From the UHGV virus genome UHGV-0178820: a stretch of DNA of 16,682 bases; one strand, written 5' to 3'. Shown piece after piece: positions 1 to 7,682 of the stretch. The DNA is from a virus. The number at the start of each line of letters is the position of its first letter. Position 1 is the stretch's first letter. A program made the position numbers and the translations under genes. The notes beneath the pieces were generated by a model, which worked only from the letters and a program-made list of their open reading frames with translations, was not told where the DNA came from and ran no database searches.

Positions 1-61
1 GGCTAATTTCCATCGTTGCAATTTATCCGCGTCAGACGGTGAATTTTTTCTATTTGTGGGG

Positions 62-82
62 TAGTGATCAATTCTGGGCGGA
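62..82. repeat. Left-end repeat copy 1 (TAGTGATCAATTCTGGGCGGA); candidate transposase-binding site
   Basis: Shares ATTCTGGGCGGA (71-82) with copy 2 (145-156), both preceded by TAGTG; position about 300 bp beyond the repressor gene 3' end, as expected for an attL binding site. Confidence 0.45.
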
Positions 83-137
83 GTTAGTGCAGCCTGGTAG
101 AACCAGCAAGCCTTGTGTGGCGCGGGGTGTGGTGATT

Positions 138-156
138 TAGTGTGATTCTGGGCGGA
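138..156. repeat. Left-end repeat copy 2 (TAGTGTGATTCTGGGCGGA); candidate transposase-binding site
   Basis: Direct repeat of copy 1; 12-nt exact core ATTCTGGGCGGA. Confidence 0.45.
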
Positions 157-196
157 TTTGTGAGAAATGACCAAAAACGCTTTTTTTTGCGCTTTT

Positions 197-205
197 TTCT
201 GGGCG
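197..205. repeat. Left-end repeat copy 3 (TCTGGGCG core) within a run of CGCTTTT repeats
   Basis: TCTGGGCG at 198-205 is the third copy of the core; flanked by three (A/G)CGCTTTT units at 178-213. Confidence 0.3.
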
Positions 206-366
206 CTTTTGATCTGGTTCTGCTACAAACTTAACGGGTTTTAAATGCTTTTAAAAAAGTGTTTTATCCTTACCCGTTTTCCTCAATTTGTTCTCATCTG
301 TGTGTTCGGTTTTGTTGTGGTTATTGCTGATTAGCTAACAGCACACGCCCCGCCAAAACGAGGCGC

Positions 367-1014
367 TTATGCTGATTTCTTGTTTACAGGCTTAGTTTCT
401 TGCTCCGGTGTGACGGGAACGCGATCACCTGGTGTTCCAGCACAGAAAATAGCTTTGGCGCGGCGCAAAATCTCTTTGTCATTTTCCTCATCGCCAGCTA
501 ATGCCATGCAAACAGCGTCTTTAAGCGATTGCCTGATGTTCAGGCTTTGAATGGCCTTCCTTTGTTCCTCAAGTTCGCTATCGGCTTGCTTGGTTTGCCT
601 GGTGGGTTGCTGTAGGCGTTCCAGGACTCCTTTGATGCCAATACAACACAGCATATCAATAAGACGCTCTCTATCTTCTGGAGTAGCTCGCCTTAGTATT
701 TCATCGACAATACTTGTGTTTGGGCGGTTAACGTCTTCTGTAGGCACCTTTTTTTCTATTATTGGATCATGCCTGCTCTCACCGTAGACCAACCATTCCA
801 GTGATACATTCTCTAATTTTGCTATCGTAGCGACCACATTTAGGCCGGGAGTGGTGCCTTTCTCAAAGTAGTTATTTATGGTCGAGTACGGCAACCCCCA
901 GTCTGAGGTGGCTTTACGCAGACTCCTAGTGCCAACCAGTTGCTTGATTCTGTCCTGAATGCTTTCTTTTCTATTCTGAGAAAAGGAAAAATCATCGGCG
1001 GTTTGTTTACTCAT
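367..1014 (-). CDS. Prophage repressor (c-like lysogeny repressor, HTH DNA-binding protein)
   Basis: Leftward ORF divergent from ner-A-B, the position of the Mu c repressor. N-terminal helix-turn-helix-like segment (TSDWGLPYSTINNYF). Start placed at ATG 1012-1014 (MSKQ...), which has GAGGA 6 nt upstream on the minus strand; the ORF-track start at 1029 is a TTG. No recognisable similarity to the Mu c N-terminal domain from memory, so the repressor type is uncertain. Confidence 0.75.
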   Translation of the reverse strand: MSKQTADDFSFSQNRKESIQDRIKQLVGTRSLRKATSDWGLPYSTINNYFEKGTTPGLNVVATIAKLENVSLEWLVYGESRHDPIIEKKVPTEDVNRPNTSIVDEILRRATPEDRERLIDMLCCIGIKGVLERLQQPTRQTKQADSELEEQRKAIQSLNIRQSLKDAVCMALAGDEENDKEILRRAKAIFCAGTPGDRVPVTPEQETKPVNKKSA

Positions 1015-1029
1015 TTTCTTTCCTCGCAA

Positions 1030-1182
1030 TATATTGATTTACAATGTATTTCTACAAAAAGACTTTCTTTTCATCAAAGAAAGAAAAGAAAGCTTGTAAT
1101 TTTCTATTTGTAGATCAATACTTATATCCGAAGGGATAACACGGCGGTGTTATCCGCACGGATAACTTTTAAGGGTAACCTA
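1030..1182. promoter_or_regulatory. Divergent repressor/early promoter-operator region (Pc / Pe analogue; probable Ner and repressor operators, possibly the transpositional enhancer)
   Basis: 153-bp AT-rich intergenic region between divergent repressor and ner. Perfect 10-bp inverted repeat CTTTCTTTTC (1063-1072) / GAAAAGAAAG (1083-1092); perfect 8-bp inverted repeat GATAACAC-GGCG-GTGTTATC (1135-1154); repeated GGATAAC half-sites at 1134-1140 and 1160-1166. In Mu the equivalent region holds O1-O3 and the enhancer (established knowledge). Confidence 0.6.
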
Positions 1183-1419
1183 ATGATGGTTAGAAATGAA
1201 GTAATGAACAAAGACTGGCACCGCGAGTACATCGTTGCCGCTGTGCACACCAAAGGTTTTACATTGCGTGAACTTTCTGAACGCGCTGGTCTAAAAAAAG
1301 ACTCTTTAAAAAATGCACTGTATCGCTCATGCCCTAAATATGAACGCATCATAGCCGATGCTATTGGTGTGGAACCTGCGGAGATCTGGCCAAGCCGGTA
1401 TGCCAGTAAGGCGGCGTAA
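1183..1419 (+). CDS. ner: Ner-like DNA-binding transcriptional regulator
   Basis: Small ORF immediately upstream of the transposase with TAATG stop/start overlap at 1417-1421. C-terminal ...IIADAIGVEPAEIWPSRY... resembles the Mu Ner C-terminus (recalled). Start at ATG 1183 chosen for the AAGGG SD-like motif 7 nt upstream; ATG 1204 is an alternative. Confidence 0.8.
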   Translation: MMVRNEVMNKDWHREYIVAAVHTKGFTLRELSERAGLKKDSLKNALYRSCPKYERIIADAIGVEPAEIWPSRYASKAA

Positions 1420-3461
1420 TGTTTTATTCAGCCAATGAGCTGGCCGGTCTTCCTGGTTTGCCCGGTACAGTTCAGGGGGTGCGCTGGACGCTCAATCGGA
1501 TCACAGAGACGCACCCGGAATGGAAGCGCAAGCGTGAAGGCACCAAAGCATTCGAGTATCACATCGACTGCCTGCCCGCTGAAGCGCAGAAAGTTTTACG
1601 TAAGCGCCTGACCCATCAGGTCCTGGAAGATACGCAACTGCCCGCCGTGGTTGAGCAGAAGGCAGTTAAAAACGTCGCCGTTCGCGATGAACTGGAGGTG
1701 ATGGTCAAATGCCCGGAACTGGCATTACGCGAAGTCCAGGCACTGACTGACAAGCAAAAGGCCATCGCTGATGCGCGGATATTGCTGGCTACTGAAGTGC
1801 ATAAACTGCGCGAATACGCCGGAATGACCAGGAAGGCCGCGTTAAAGCACATCGTTGATGGTGTGCGCATGGGGGCGTTACCTGACCGCATTATCGAAGC
1901 AGCTAATACTGCAAATGCACGTCAGGGAAAGCGAACCGGTGTCAGCACCGGCAGCCTGGATAGCTGGTACTCCAGCTGGGTGATGGCGCGCGGTGATGCC
2001 AATCAGTTACTGGCGTTACTGGCTCCCGGTCATCATAAGGGAACACCGTGGGAGCAGGTCTGGTGGTTGAGCGATTTCTTTATGTTCTATCGCTCATGGA
2101 AGCGCCCGACCGTTGAATATGCGTATCGTGAGTTTTCAGCCTGGTGGCATGAAAAACACGCGAATGATGCGGGAATGCTGGCAGCACTGCCTTCAGTTCA
2201 CGCAGTAAGACGGGTGTTAAGCAACGTCCCGGTGATTGTTAAAGAGCGTTTCCGCTCCACCGGTTCAGCCTGGCGTTCGCTCAATCCCTTTGTGCGGCGC
2301 GACTGGAGCACATTACCGGTTAATGCGGTATGGGTCGGGGATGGTCACTGTATGAAAATGACCGCGTTTAACCCCCTTACCGGCAACATTTTCCGACCTG
2401 AAGTGACGCTGGTTATGGATGCAGGGCAGCGCTTTGTTGTGGGCTGGTCACTGTCCCTGTCGGAGAACGTGATAGCTGTTGCTGATGCGTTGCGTTACGG
2501 CATGGCACAGCACGGGATACCGCTGATTTATTACTCCGATAACGGGGGCGGCGAAAAAAACCGGGTGCTTGATGCCGATATTACCGGGATTCTGCCCCGT
2601 CTGGGTGTGGAACATCACACGGGGATACCAGGTAATCCGCAGGGGCGCGGGGTGATTGAGAGGCTTAACAAGGAAATTCCCCGGGATGTGGCCCTGAGTT
2701 TCCGGACGTACTGCTCAAAAGGAGCAGACAAGGAAACCGTAATGATGCAGCAACGGATTATGCAGTCAGCCATTAAGGCCACCCACAAAGGGAAAGAGCT
2801 GACAAAACGGCAGGTTAAGGCAAGGGATGAAATCCCCACCTTTGAGCAACTGATGGCAGCTATAGAGCTGGAGGTCAGACGCTATAACAACCGGCCACAC
2901 AGCAGCCTTCCTCGCAAAGAGGATGGCGAATATTACAGCCCGGCAGCGTATCGCCGGAAACTGATAAAAGAGCAGAATGTTGAAATTGATTTCCTGTCGC
3001 CGGAAGAACTGCATGAAATGTTCAGGCCGGAAGTGACGCGCAAAACATTTCGCGGGGAAATTCAGTTATTCAACAATATTTATTACTCGTATGAGCTGGC
3101 CGCAGAGCACGGGAATGAAGTCAGGGTCAGTTACGATATTCATGATGCAAACAGTGTCATTGTCCGGCGGGCTGATGGCTCTTATATCTGCGATGCCATC
3201 TGGAACGGTAACAAGGTTGATGCCTTCGCTAAACCAGTTATCGAACAAAAACTGGAGAAACGCGTCAAGGGCCGCATTGCACGGGCCACGCAGAAAATCG
3301 AAGAGGCTAAACGCGAGCTTACCCCGGCTATTACGCAGAAGCCTGAGTTTAATCTGGGATATGGACTGGAACGCCAGGAGAAAAAGGAAAAAGAAGAACT
3401 TTATTTATTCGTGTCTGACCGTGAGCGCAATTTAAAGAAAAACGGCACAAATAATCGTTAA
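1419..3461 (+). CDS. A: DDE transposase, MuA-like (680 aa)
   Basis: Size and position as Mu A; candidate DDE catalytic motifs VWVGDGH, YYSDNGGGE and a downstream acidic region; basic C-terminal tail; N-terminal LPGLPGT..GV motif typical of the MuA/repressor DNA-binding domain. Confidence 0.9.
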   Translation: MFYSANELAGLPGLPGTVQGVRWTLNRITETHPEWKRKREGTKAFEYHIDCLPAEAQKVLRKRLTHQVLEDTQLPAVVEQKAVKNVAVRDELEVMVKCPELALREVQALTDKQKAIADARILLATEVHKLREYAGMTRKAALKHIVDGVRMGALPDRIIEAANTANARQGKRTGVSTGSLDSWYSSWVMARGDANQLLALLAPGHHKGTPWEQVWWLSDFFMFYRSWKRPTVEYAYREFSAWWHEKHANDAGMLAALPSVHAVRRVLSNVPVIVKERFRSTGSAWRSLNPFVRRDWSTLPVNAVWVGDGHCMKMTAFNPLTGNIFRPEVTLVMDAGQRFVVGWSLSLSENVIAVADALRYGMAQHGIPLIYYSDNGGGEKNRVLDADITGILPRLGVEHHTGIPGNPQGRGVIERLNKEIPRDVALSFRTYCSKGADKETVMMQQRIMQSAIKATHKGKELTKRQVKARDEIPTFEQLMAAIELEVRRYNNRPHSSLPRKEDGEYYSPAAYRRKLIKEQNVEIDFLSPEELHEMFRPEVTRKTFRGEIQLFNNIYYSYELAAEHGNEVRVSYDIHDANSVIVRRADGSYICDAIWNGNKVDAFAKPVIEQKLEKRVKGRIARATQKIEEAKRELTPAITQKPEFNLGYGLERQEKKEKEELYLFVSDRERNLKKNGTNNR

Positions 3462-3479
3462 TTTAAAAGGTATTTAATT

Positions 3480-4373
3480 ATGAGTTTAATTACGCAATTA
3501 AATGACGTAATGGCCCGTCGCGGCTTTACGCAGACCCACGTTGCCCGTGCTATTGGTCGTAGCAGCGCCGTTATTAACCAGTATTTGCAGGGTAAATATC
3601 AGGGCGATATGGCTGATATTGAAGAACGCATTTCTGCCTTTGTGACCCGTGAATGGGAAAAGGAAAACAACCGCCGTATTAAAGTGCGATTTGTCACCAC
3701 CGGCATGGCCGCCAAAGGGCTGGAGGTGCTGACCTACGCCCATCTGGAGTGTGATATTTGCGTGCTGTATGGCGCGGCGGGTCTGGGTAAAAGCATGATT
3801 CTGAGTGAGTATGCTGCCAGAAACCGAGATGTAGTGCTCATTGAAGCCGATATTGGCTATACGGCCAGAAAGTTACTCGATGAACTGTGCCGTCAGCTGG
3901 GTATAAAGGTTCACGGCGATATTCGCGAGAAGATTGATGCCTGTGTGCGTGAACTGCGTGGGTCAGGTCGTCTGCTGATGGTGGATGAGGCTGAACTGCT
4001 CCCCTATCGTGCACTGGAGGTATTGCGCCGTCTGCATGACAAAGCGGGTATCGGGATTGTCCTGGCGGGTATGCCTCACCTTCTGATTAACCTTAAGGGC
4101 CGTTGTGGTGAGTTCGCTCAATTATACAGCCGCGTGGCGCTGGCGCTTAACCTGGGCGATACGCTGACGCAGGAAGATTTTAACAAGATTGCCACAGACA
4201 TGATGCCGGAAGCGGCAGACCCGGAAATTGGTGAGGCACTTTACACACGTTCGCTGGGCAATGCCCGTCGTCTGTTCAAGCTGGCGCGCGGTGTGTACCG
4301 GATTTGTGATATCAGCGATGCACCGGTCAGTGTGCAGGCCATTGATAAATATTCAGAAATGTTAATTCACTGA
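3480..4373 (+). CDS. B: MuB-like AAA+ ATPase / target DNA activator
   Basis: Immediately downstream of A; N-terminal HTH-like segment (FTQTHVARAIGRSSAVINQYLQG); Walker A GAAGLGKS; Walker B-like LLMVDEAE; about 300 aa as in Mu B. Confidence 0.9.
   Translation: MSLITQLNDVMARRGFTQTHVARAIGRSSAVINQYLQGKYQGDMADIEERISAFVTREWEKENNRRIKVRFVTTGMAAKGLEVLTYAHLECDICVLYGAAGLGKSMILSEYAARNRDVVLIEADIGYTARKLLDELCRQLGIKVHGDIREKIDACVRELRGSGRLLMVDEAELLPYRALEVLRRLHDKAGIGIVLAGMPHLLINLKGRCGEFAQLYSRVALALNLGDTLTQEDFNKIATDMMPEAADPEIGEALYTRSLGNARRLFKLARGVYRICDISDAPVSVQAIDKYSEMLIH
4354..4373. repeat. 20-bp perfect direct repeat, copy 1 (CAGAAATGTTAATTCACTGA), spanning the 3' end and stop codon of B
   Basis: Identical 20-mer recurs at 4727-4746; the two copies bracket the 4387-4719 ORF. 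Confidence 0.95.
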
Positions 4374-4386
4374 GTAAAGGTCAGAT

Positions 4387-4719
4387 ATGGAACAGATTGT
4401 CGTTAAAAAAGAAATTAAAGCACTACGGAATATCGGTCGTAATGGTTGTATTTATTCTAATGAGACCCCTGGTGAAATTATTCCGTTTGTTGATTGCTTT
4501 GTGCCGGGTGAACTGCGCGTTGATTTGTATTCCCGCGAACGGGAAATCAATGGAACCGGAAACACCAGCGATGACTGGGACGTTGATGAATGCTGCGCGC
4601 GATTAATGATTATCCCTTTTGAGCAGAATTTACAGGGATTTCGTCGGGCTTATCGTCTTGCGCGCATGTGTGCCCGTCTTCCCCGTTATCAGCCACGACT
4701 TGCGTTTGCACTCAGATAA
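4387..4719 (+). CDS. Hypothetical protein (110 aa) on a repeat-flanked cassette; Arg-rich C-terminal tail
   Basis: ORF with AAGG 7-8 nt upstream; bracketed by the 20-bp direct repeat; visibly more AT-rich than the flanking B gene. No family recognised. Confidence 0.6.
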   Translation: MEQIVVKKEIKALRNIGRNGCIYSNETPGEIIPFVDCFVPGELRVDLYSREREINGTGNTSDDWDVDECCARLMIIPFEQNLQGFRRAYRLARMCARLPRYQPRLAFALR

Positions 4720-4726
4720 TGCAGCG

Positions 4727-4746
4727 CAGAAATGTTAATTCACTGA
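4727..4746. repeat. 20-bp perfect direct repeat, copy 2 (CAGAAATGTTAATTCACTGA)
   Basis: Exact copy of 4354-4373, located 8 nt after the stop of the 4387-4719 ORF. Confidence 0.95.
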
Positions 4747-4760
4747 TGGAGAACAAGACG

Positions 4761-4985
4761 ATGGACAAGCAGACCATTAACGCCGTCCGTTCCCGTGCCC
4801 GTGTGGCCATCCACACCACTGGCGGTCGTGTAACGGGGCAGCATCACCGTTTACCTGTGGTTTATGCCTGCCCGCCCGTGGGTGGTCCTGTATGGCCGGT
4901 AACGGAAATCATCCAGACATTCAGCGGCCTGCGCCGCGTGGTTAAAACGTCCTGTATCGACGGCTGCACCGTCGTATGGCAATGA
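4761..4985 (+). CDS. Hypothetical small protein (about 74 aa; Cys-containing)
   Basis: ORF in the 4668-4985 frame; ATG 4761 has GGAG 9 nt upstream; ATG 4746, the first ATG after the repeat, is an alternative start. No family recognised. Confidence 0.5.
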   Translation: MDKQTINAVRSRARVAIHTTGGRVTGQHHRLPVVYACPPVGGPVWPVTEIIQTFSGLRRVVKTSCIDGCTVVWQ

Positions 4986-4997
4986 GAGGAAATCAGA

Positions 4998-5213
4998 ATG
5001 GCGGTTAAGTTAGAAGTGATTATCTATACCGATGAAAAAGGCGCGACTTTAACCCAGATTACAGGGAGTTATTCGAAGGACGGCACTTCCGAAAGGGAGT
5101 TTCAGGTGGCAACAGGATTACATGATGTTATCAAGGAAGCGCTCAGAAATGACTATAACGGCGTGAATCTTTTTTCTGAAAACGTTGCGCCTCGCGCACA
5201 TAACACAAATTAA
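4998..5213 (+). CDS. Hypothetical small protein (71 aa)
   Basis: ORF with AGAGGA SD-like motif 8 nt upstream; co-oriented and tightly spaced within the early operon. Confidence 0.55.
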   Translation: MAVKLEVIIYTDEKGATLTQITGSYSKDGTSEREFQVATGLHDVIKEALRNDYNGVNLFSENVAPRAHNTN

Positions 5214-5242
5214 TCTGTAAATATCACTGAGGTAATTTAATT

Positions 5243-5887
5243 ATGACGACTGAAAATAAAGTTAAGCAATACACGAAAACTCAAGCGCCTGAAGGTTACT
5301 GGGTGGATGCCCGTGGCGTAATGACACCTGAAAGCCTTATCAAAGATATTGACCGCGACCGCGAGCAGCTGGTCGGTGAGCTTGTGGAGATGGTGATTGC
5401 TGCCTCCGCCTCACTGCGGGAACTGAAACTGCGTGCGTTTGGTGATATCCAGGCATTTATTGACCTGTCGGCGGAGAAATACGGCGCTGTGAAAGGCGGC
5501 AAAAAAGGCAATATCACGCTTTACAGCTTTGACGGACGCTACAAGATTCAGCGCGCCATGCAGGACCGTATCGCGTTTGATGAGCGCATCCAGACCGCGA
5601 AATCGCTGATTGATGATTGCCTGGCTGACTGGACGGAAGGCGCACGACCTGAAATTAAAGCCATCATCAGTGAGGCATTCAGCACGGACAAGGAAGGCAA
5701 CATCAACACCGGGCGCGTTCTGGCCCTGCGTCGCCTGGAAATTGAGGACGAACGCTGGAATAACGCTATGACGCTGATTGGTGAAGCCGTCCAGGTGATT
5801 GGCAGCAAGAGCTATATTCGTGTGTATGAGCGCGTTGGTGATTCTGATGAATACCGCGCAATCCCGCTTGATATTGCAGGGGTTTAA
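5243..5887 (+). CDS. Conserved Mu-like phage early protein, DUF3164-like (214 aa)
   Basis: ORF with GAGGT 9 nt upstream; size and early-region position match proteins recalled as DUF3164 in Mu-like prophages. Assignment is from memory and needs a profile search. Confidence 0.6.
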   Translation: MTTENKVKQYTKTQAPEGYWVDARGVMTPESLIKDIDRDREQLVGELVEMVIAASASLRELKLRAFGDIQAFIDLSAEKYGAVKGGKKGNITLYSFDGRYKIQRAMQDRIAFDERIQTAKSLIDDCLADWTEGARPEIKAIISEAFSTDKEGNINTGRVLALRRLEIEDERWNNAMTLIGEAVQVIGSKSYIRVYERVGDSDEYRAIPLDIAGV

Positions 5888-5888
5888 C

Positions 5889-6122
5889 ATGCATCAGGAT
5901 ATAAAAGAGTACAGGGCCGGAAATAGTTGCGCGGCGTATTCGCTGGGCGCGTCCAGAGCAGAACAACGCGGCGATTATGACGAGGCAGAAAAACTGTGGC
6001 GCAAGGCAGCGCAAAGCCCGTGTAGCACCCTGCGCCGCATCTGGGCTGAACACCGGGCACAGTTCTGTGCCAATGCTCACCTGAAAGGATGGAGGCCGCA
6101 TCATGAACGCGAAGAACTTTAA
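5889..6122 (+). CDS. Small protein, possibly ANR-family regulator-like (77 aa)
   Basis: ATG at 5889 two nt after the stop of the preceding gene; GGGG SD-like motif upstream. Family call is a weak recollection. Confidence 0.5.
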   Translation: MHQDIKEYRAGNSCAAYSLGASRAEQRGDYDEAEKLWRKAAQSPCSTLRRIWAEHRAQFCANAHLKGWRPHHEREEL

Positions 6123-6294
6123 TCAGCTATATCCGGTGGGGACTCGTTTTACACATACCGACAGCGCAGTGTTTGGTTGTGGTCGTGTGGTGAAAACTGT
6201 TGCGCCAGCCAGAGATTTTAAATGTGGTTGTGTGGTTGAAATTAATGTCGAGCCTTATTTCGTAAAAGTCGAAACACTGAAAGCACCGCATTAA
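6103..6294 (+). CDS. Hypothetical small protein (63 aa)
   Basis: GGAGG 7 nt upstream of ATG 6103; overlaps the 3' end of the previous gene by 20 nt in another frame. Confidence 0.55.
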   Translation: MNAKNFNQLYPVGTRFTHTDSAVFGCGRVVKTVAPARDFKCGCVVEINVEPYFVKVETLKAPH

Positions 6295-6323
6295 TTTAAT
6301 TCGTTTTTAATTGTTATTTAAAA

Positions 6324-6357
6324 CAGGCGTAAACCCGCCGGGGCTGGCTTACGCCTG
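6324..6357 (-). terminator. Hairpin (9-bp stem CAGGCGTAA / TTACGCCTG) acting as a probable intrinsic terminator for the leftward 6435-6653 gene
   Basis: Perfect 9-bp inverted repeat with a GC-rich 16-nt loop that may pair internally; on the minus strand it is followed by a T-rich tract (complement of 6300-6323). It lies between convergent gene ends. Confidence 0.55.
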
Positions 6358-6434
6358 AATCTGAGGAAGTTTATTTATGAATATCGCTAAGCAAAAAAAA
6401 TTCGCCCGCGAAATTAATCTGACAATCGTTTGTT

Positions 6435-6653
6435 TTAATCGTCTTGCGACCAGTTCTCAATCGACAGCAGATGTTCATCCAGCGCCGCAGCCAGAACGAA
6501 CTCCCCACGTTCCTGAAGGCCGTGCTGGAAGTTGCGTAATTCAGAATCCAGGGCGCTGAGGTTCAGACAGCCATTTTCTGAAAGCTGTTTAACCAGAAAG
6601 CTCCACGCAGCTTTGTTAGCAGTAATTGCTGCCGCAATTTCATCATCAATCAT
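6435..6653 (-). CDS. Hypothetical 72-aa protein, transcribed opposite to the surrounding early operon (moron-like); acidic C-terminal tail
   Basis: Minus-strand ORF with consensus SD AGGAG 7 nt upstream of its ATG (complement of 6661-6665) and a hairpin plus T-tract downstream. Balanced, helix-like composition, unlike the overlapping plus-strand ORF. Confidence 0.65.
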   Translation of the reverse strand: MIDDEIAAAITANKAAWSFLVKQLSENGCLNLSALDSELRNFQHGLQERGEFVLAAALDEHLLSIENWSQDD

Positions 6654-6741
6654 TTTTTAACTCCTGATTGGGTATGTTGGGGCAGCGATTATGACAAGTG
6701 TTTTGTGGTTATAAGTTGATCAAAAACAATGAGTTACAACC

Positions 6742-7452
6742 ATGAAAGATAAATACATTGCCAAAATCAAAAAGCTGTTACGCCTTGCCAGAGGAACATC
6801 AAGCCCGGAAGAAGCCGCTAACGCTATTGCAAAAGCCCAGGCTTATATGCGCCAGCATGGCATCAGCGAAAACGACGCGGAATTGTTCGACATTCAGGAA
6901 GCTGCCAGCGCGGGTGCGCCGAGTGATGCCAGTACGCCGCCGCGTTATATGCACATCCTGTGTGACCTGGTCTGTAAAGCCTTCGGTGTCGAGTGTTACA
7001 TCTCCGGCGAATACAGGGCTTCTGGTTCACTCAAACGTTACGTGCGTTTTTATGGCTCTGACAGCCGCCCGGAAATCGCGGCCTACGCGTTTGATGTGCT
7101 TTCCCGTCAGATGATGACAGAGCGCAAGAAATATCAGGATAAACACTGCAAACGTTGCGGCCCGTCCACGCGGGTGGCCCGTGGCGACCAGTTCTGCGAA
7201 GGCTGGGTCTTTGGTGCCCGTGATGTCATTGCGGTGTATGACGTCTCCCCGGAAGAAAAAAGCCGCCTTGAGCTTTACAGAAAGAACCTGCACAGCACTA
7301 AGGGACTGCGCGACGGGGATATGCGCACGGCTAAAGCGTGTCGTGGTGCAGAGTTTGCCGCTACTGCCGGTTTTATCGCCGGGAAAAACGCCAGGCTGCA
7401 TCAGGGGGTTAATGGTCAGAGCAACAGACCGCTTGCACTGGGGAGGGTGTAA
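6742..7452 (+). CDS. DUF2786-like protein with Cys-rich C-terminal region (236 aa)
   Basis: N-terminal KIKKLLRLA......EEAANAIAKAQAYM matches the recalled DUF2786 signature; C-terminal CxxC-containing segment (CKRCGPS...FCEGW). Confidence 0.6.
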   Translation: MKDKYIAKIKKLLRLARGTSSPEEAANAIAKAQAYMRQHGISENDAELFDIQEAASAGAPSDASTPPRYMHILCDLVCKAFGVECYISGEYRASGSLKRYVRFYGSDSRPEIAAYAFDVLSRQMMTERKKYQDKHCKRCGPSTRVARGDQFCEGWVFGARDVIAVYDVSPEEKSRLELYRKNLHSTKGLRDGDMRTAKACRGAEFAATAGFIAGKNARLHQGVNGQSNRPLALGRV

Positions 7453-7454
7453 CG

Positions 7455-7682
7455 ATGGCTTTTAAACTTCTTAGCGTTACCGAAGCAATATACCAGCCTC
7501 CTGGAGAACGCCACGAATACAGGATGAATGACGGTAGCGCGGCGGTTGAGTTCCCCGGATATCCGGGTGCTTCCCGGTGGCGGTTCTATGACAGTGCAGG
7601 ACGCCGGATTATTAAAAGAACCGTGCACAACGCCATGAAAGCCGCTGTAGAACGTCACAAAAGAAGGTTTAACTGCAAATGA
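7455..7682 (+). CDS. Hypothetical small protein (75 aa)
   Basis: GGGAGGG SD 7 nt upstream; starts 3 nt after the previous stop. Confidence 0.55.
   Translation: MAFKLLSVTEAIYQPPGERHEYRMNDGSAAVEFPGYPGASRWRFYDSAGRRIIKRTVHNAMKAAVERHKRRFNCK

Noticed and set aside
551-787. 78-aa plus-strand ORF inside the repressor gene
   Set aside because: Antisense shadow ORF entirely within the repressor coding region; Cys/Ser-rich low-complexity translation.
1616-3435. Several minus- and plus-strand ORFs (1616-1891, 2615-2839, 2766-3014, 3066-3248, 3091-3435) overlapping the transposase gene
   Set aside because: All lie within the long, conserved MuA-like ORF in other frames or on the antisense strand; compositions are atypical and none has a convincing RBS.
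6377-6559. Plus-strand 60-aa ORF with a GAGGA motif upstream, overlapping the leftward 72-aa gene
   Set aside because: Product is low-complexity and Pro/Ser-rich (…HPAPQPERTPHVPEGRAGS…) and the overlapping minus-strand ORF has the better SD, a protein-like composition and its own terminator; treated as a shadow ORF, though not formally excluded.
6435-6653. Assigning the 72-aa leftward protein to DinI-like or acyl-carrier-like families
   Set aside because: Only a vague resemblance (acidic W-containing C-terminus; a DSEL segment); no defining motif such as the ACP GxDSL phosphopantetheine site. Left as hypothetical.
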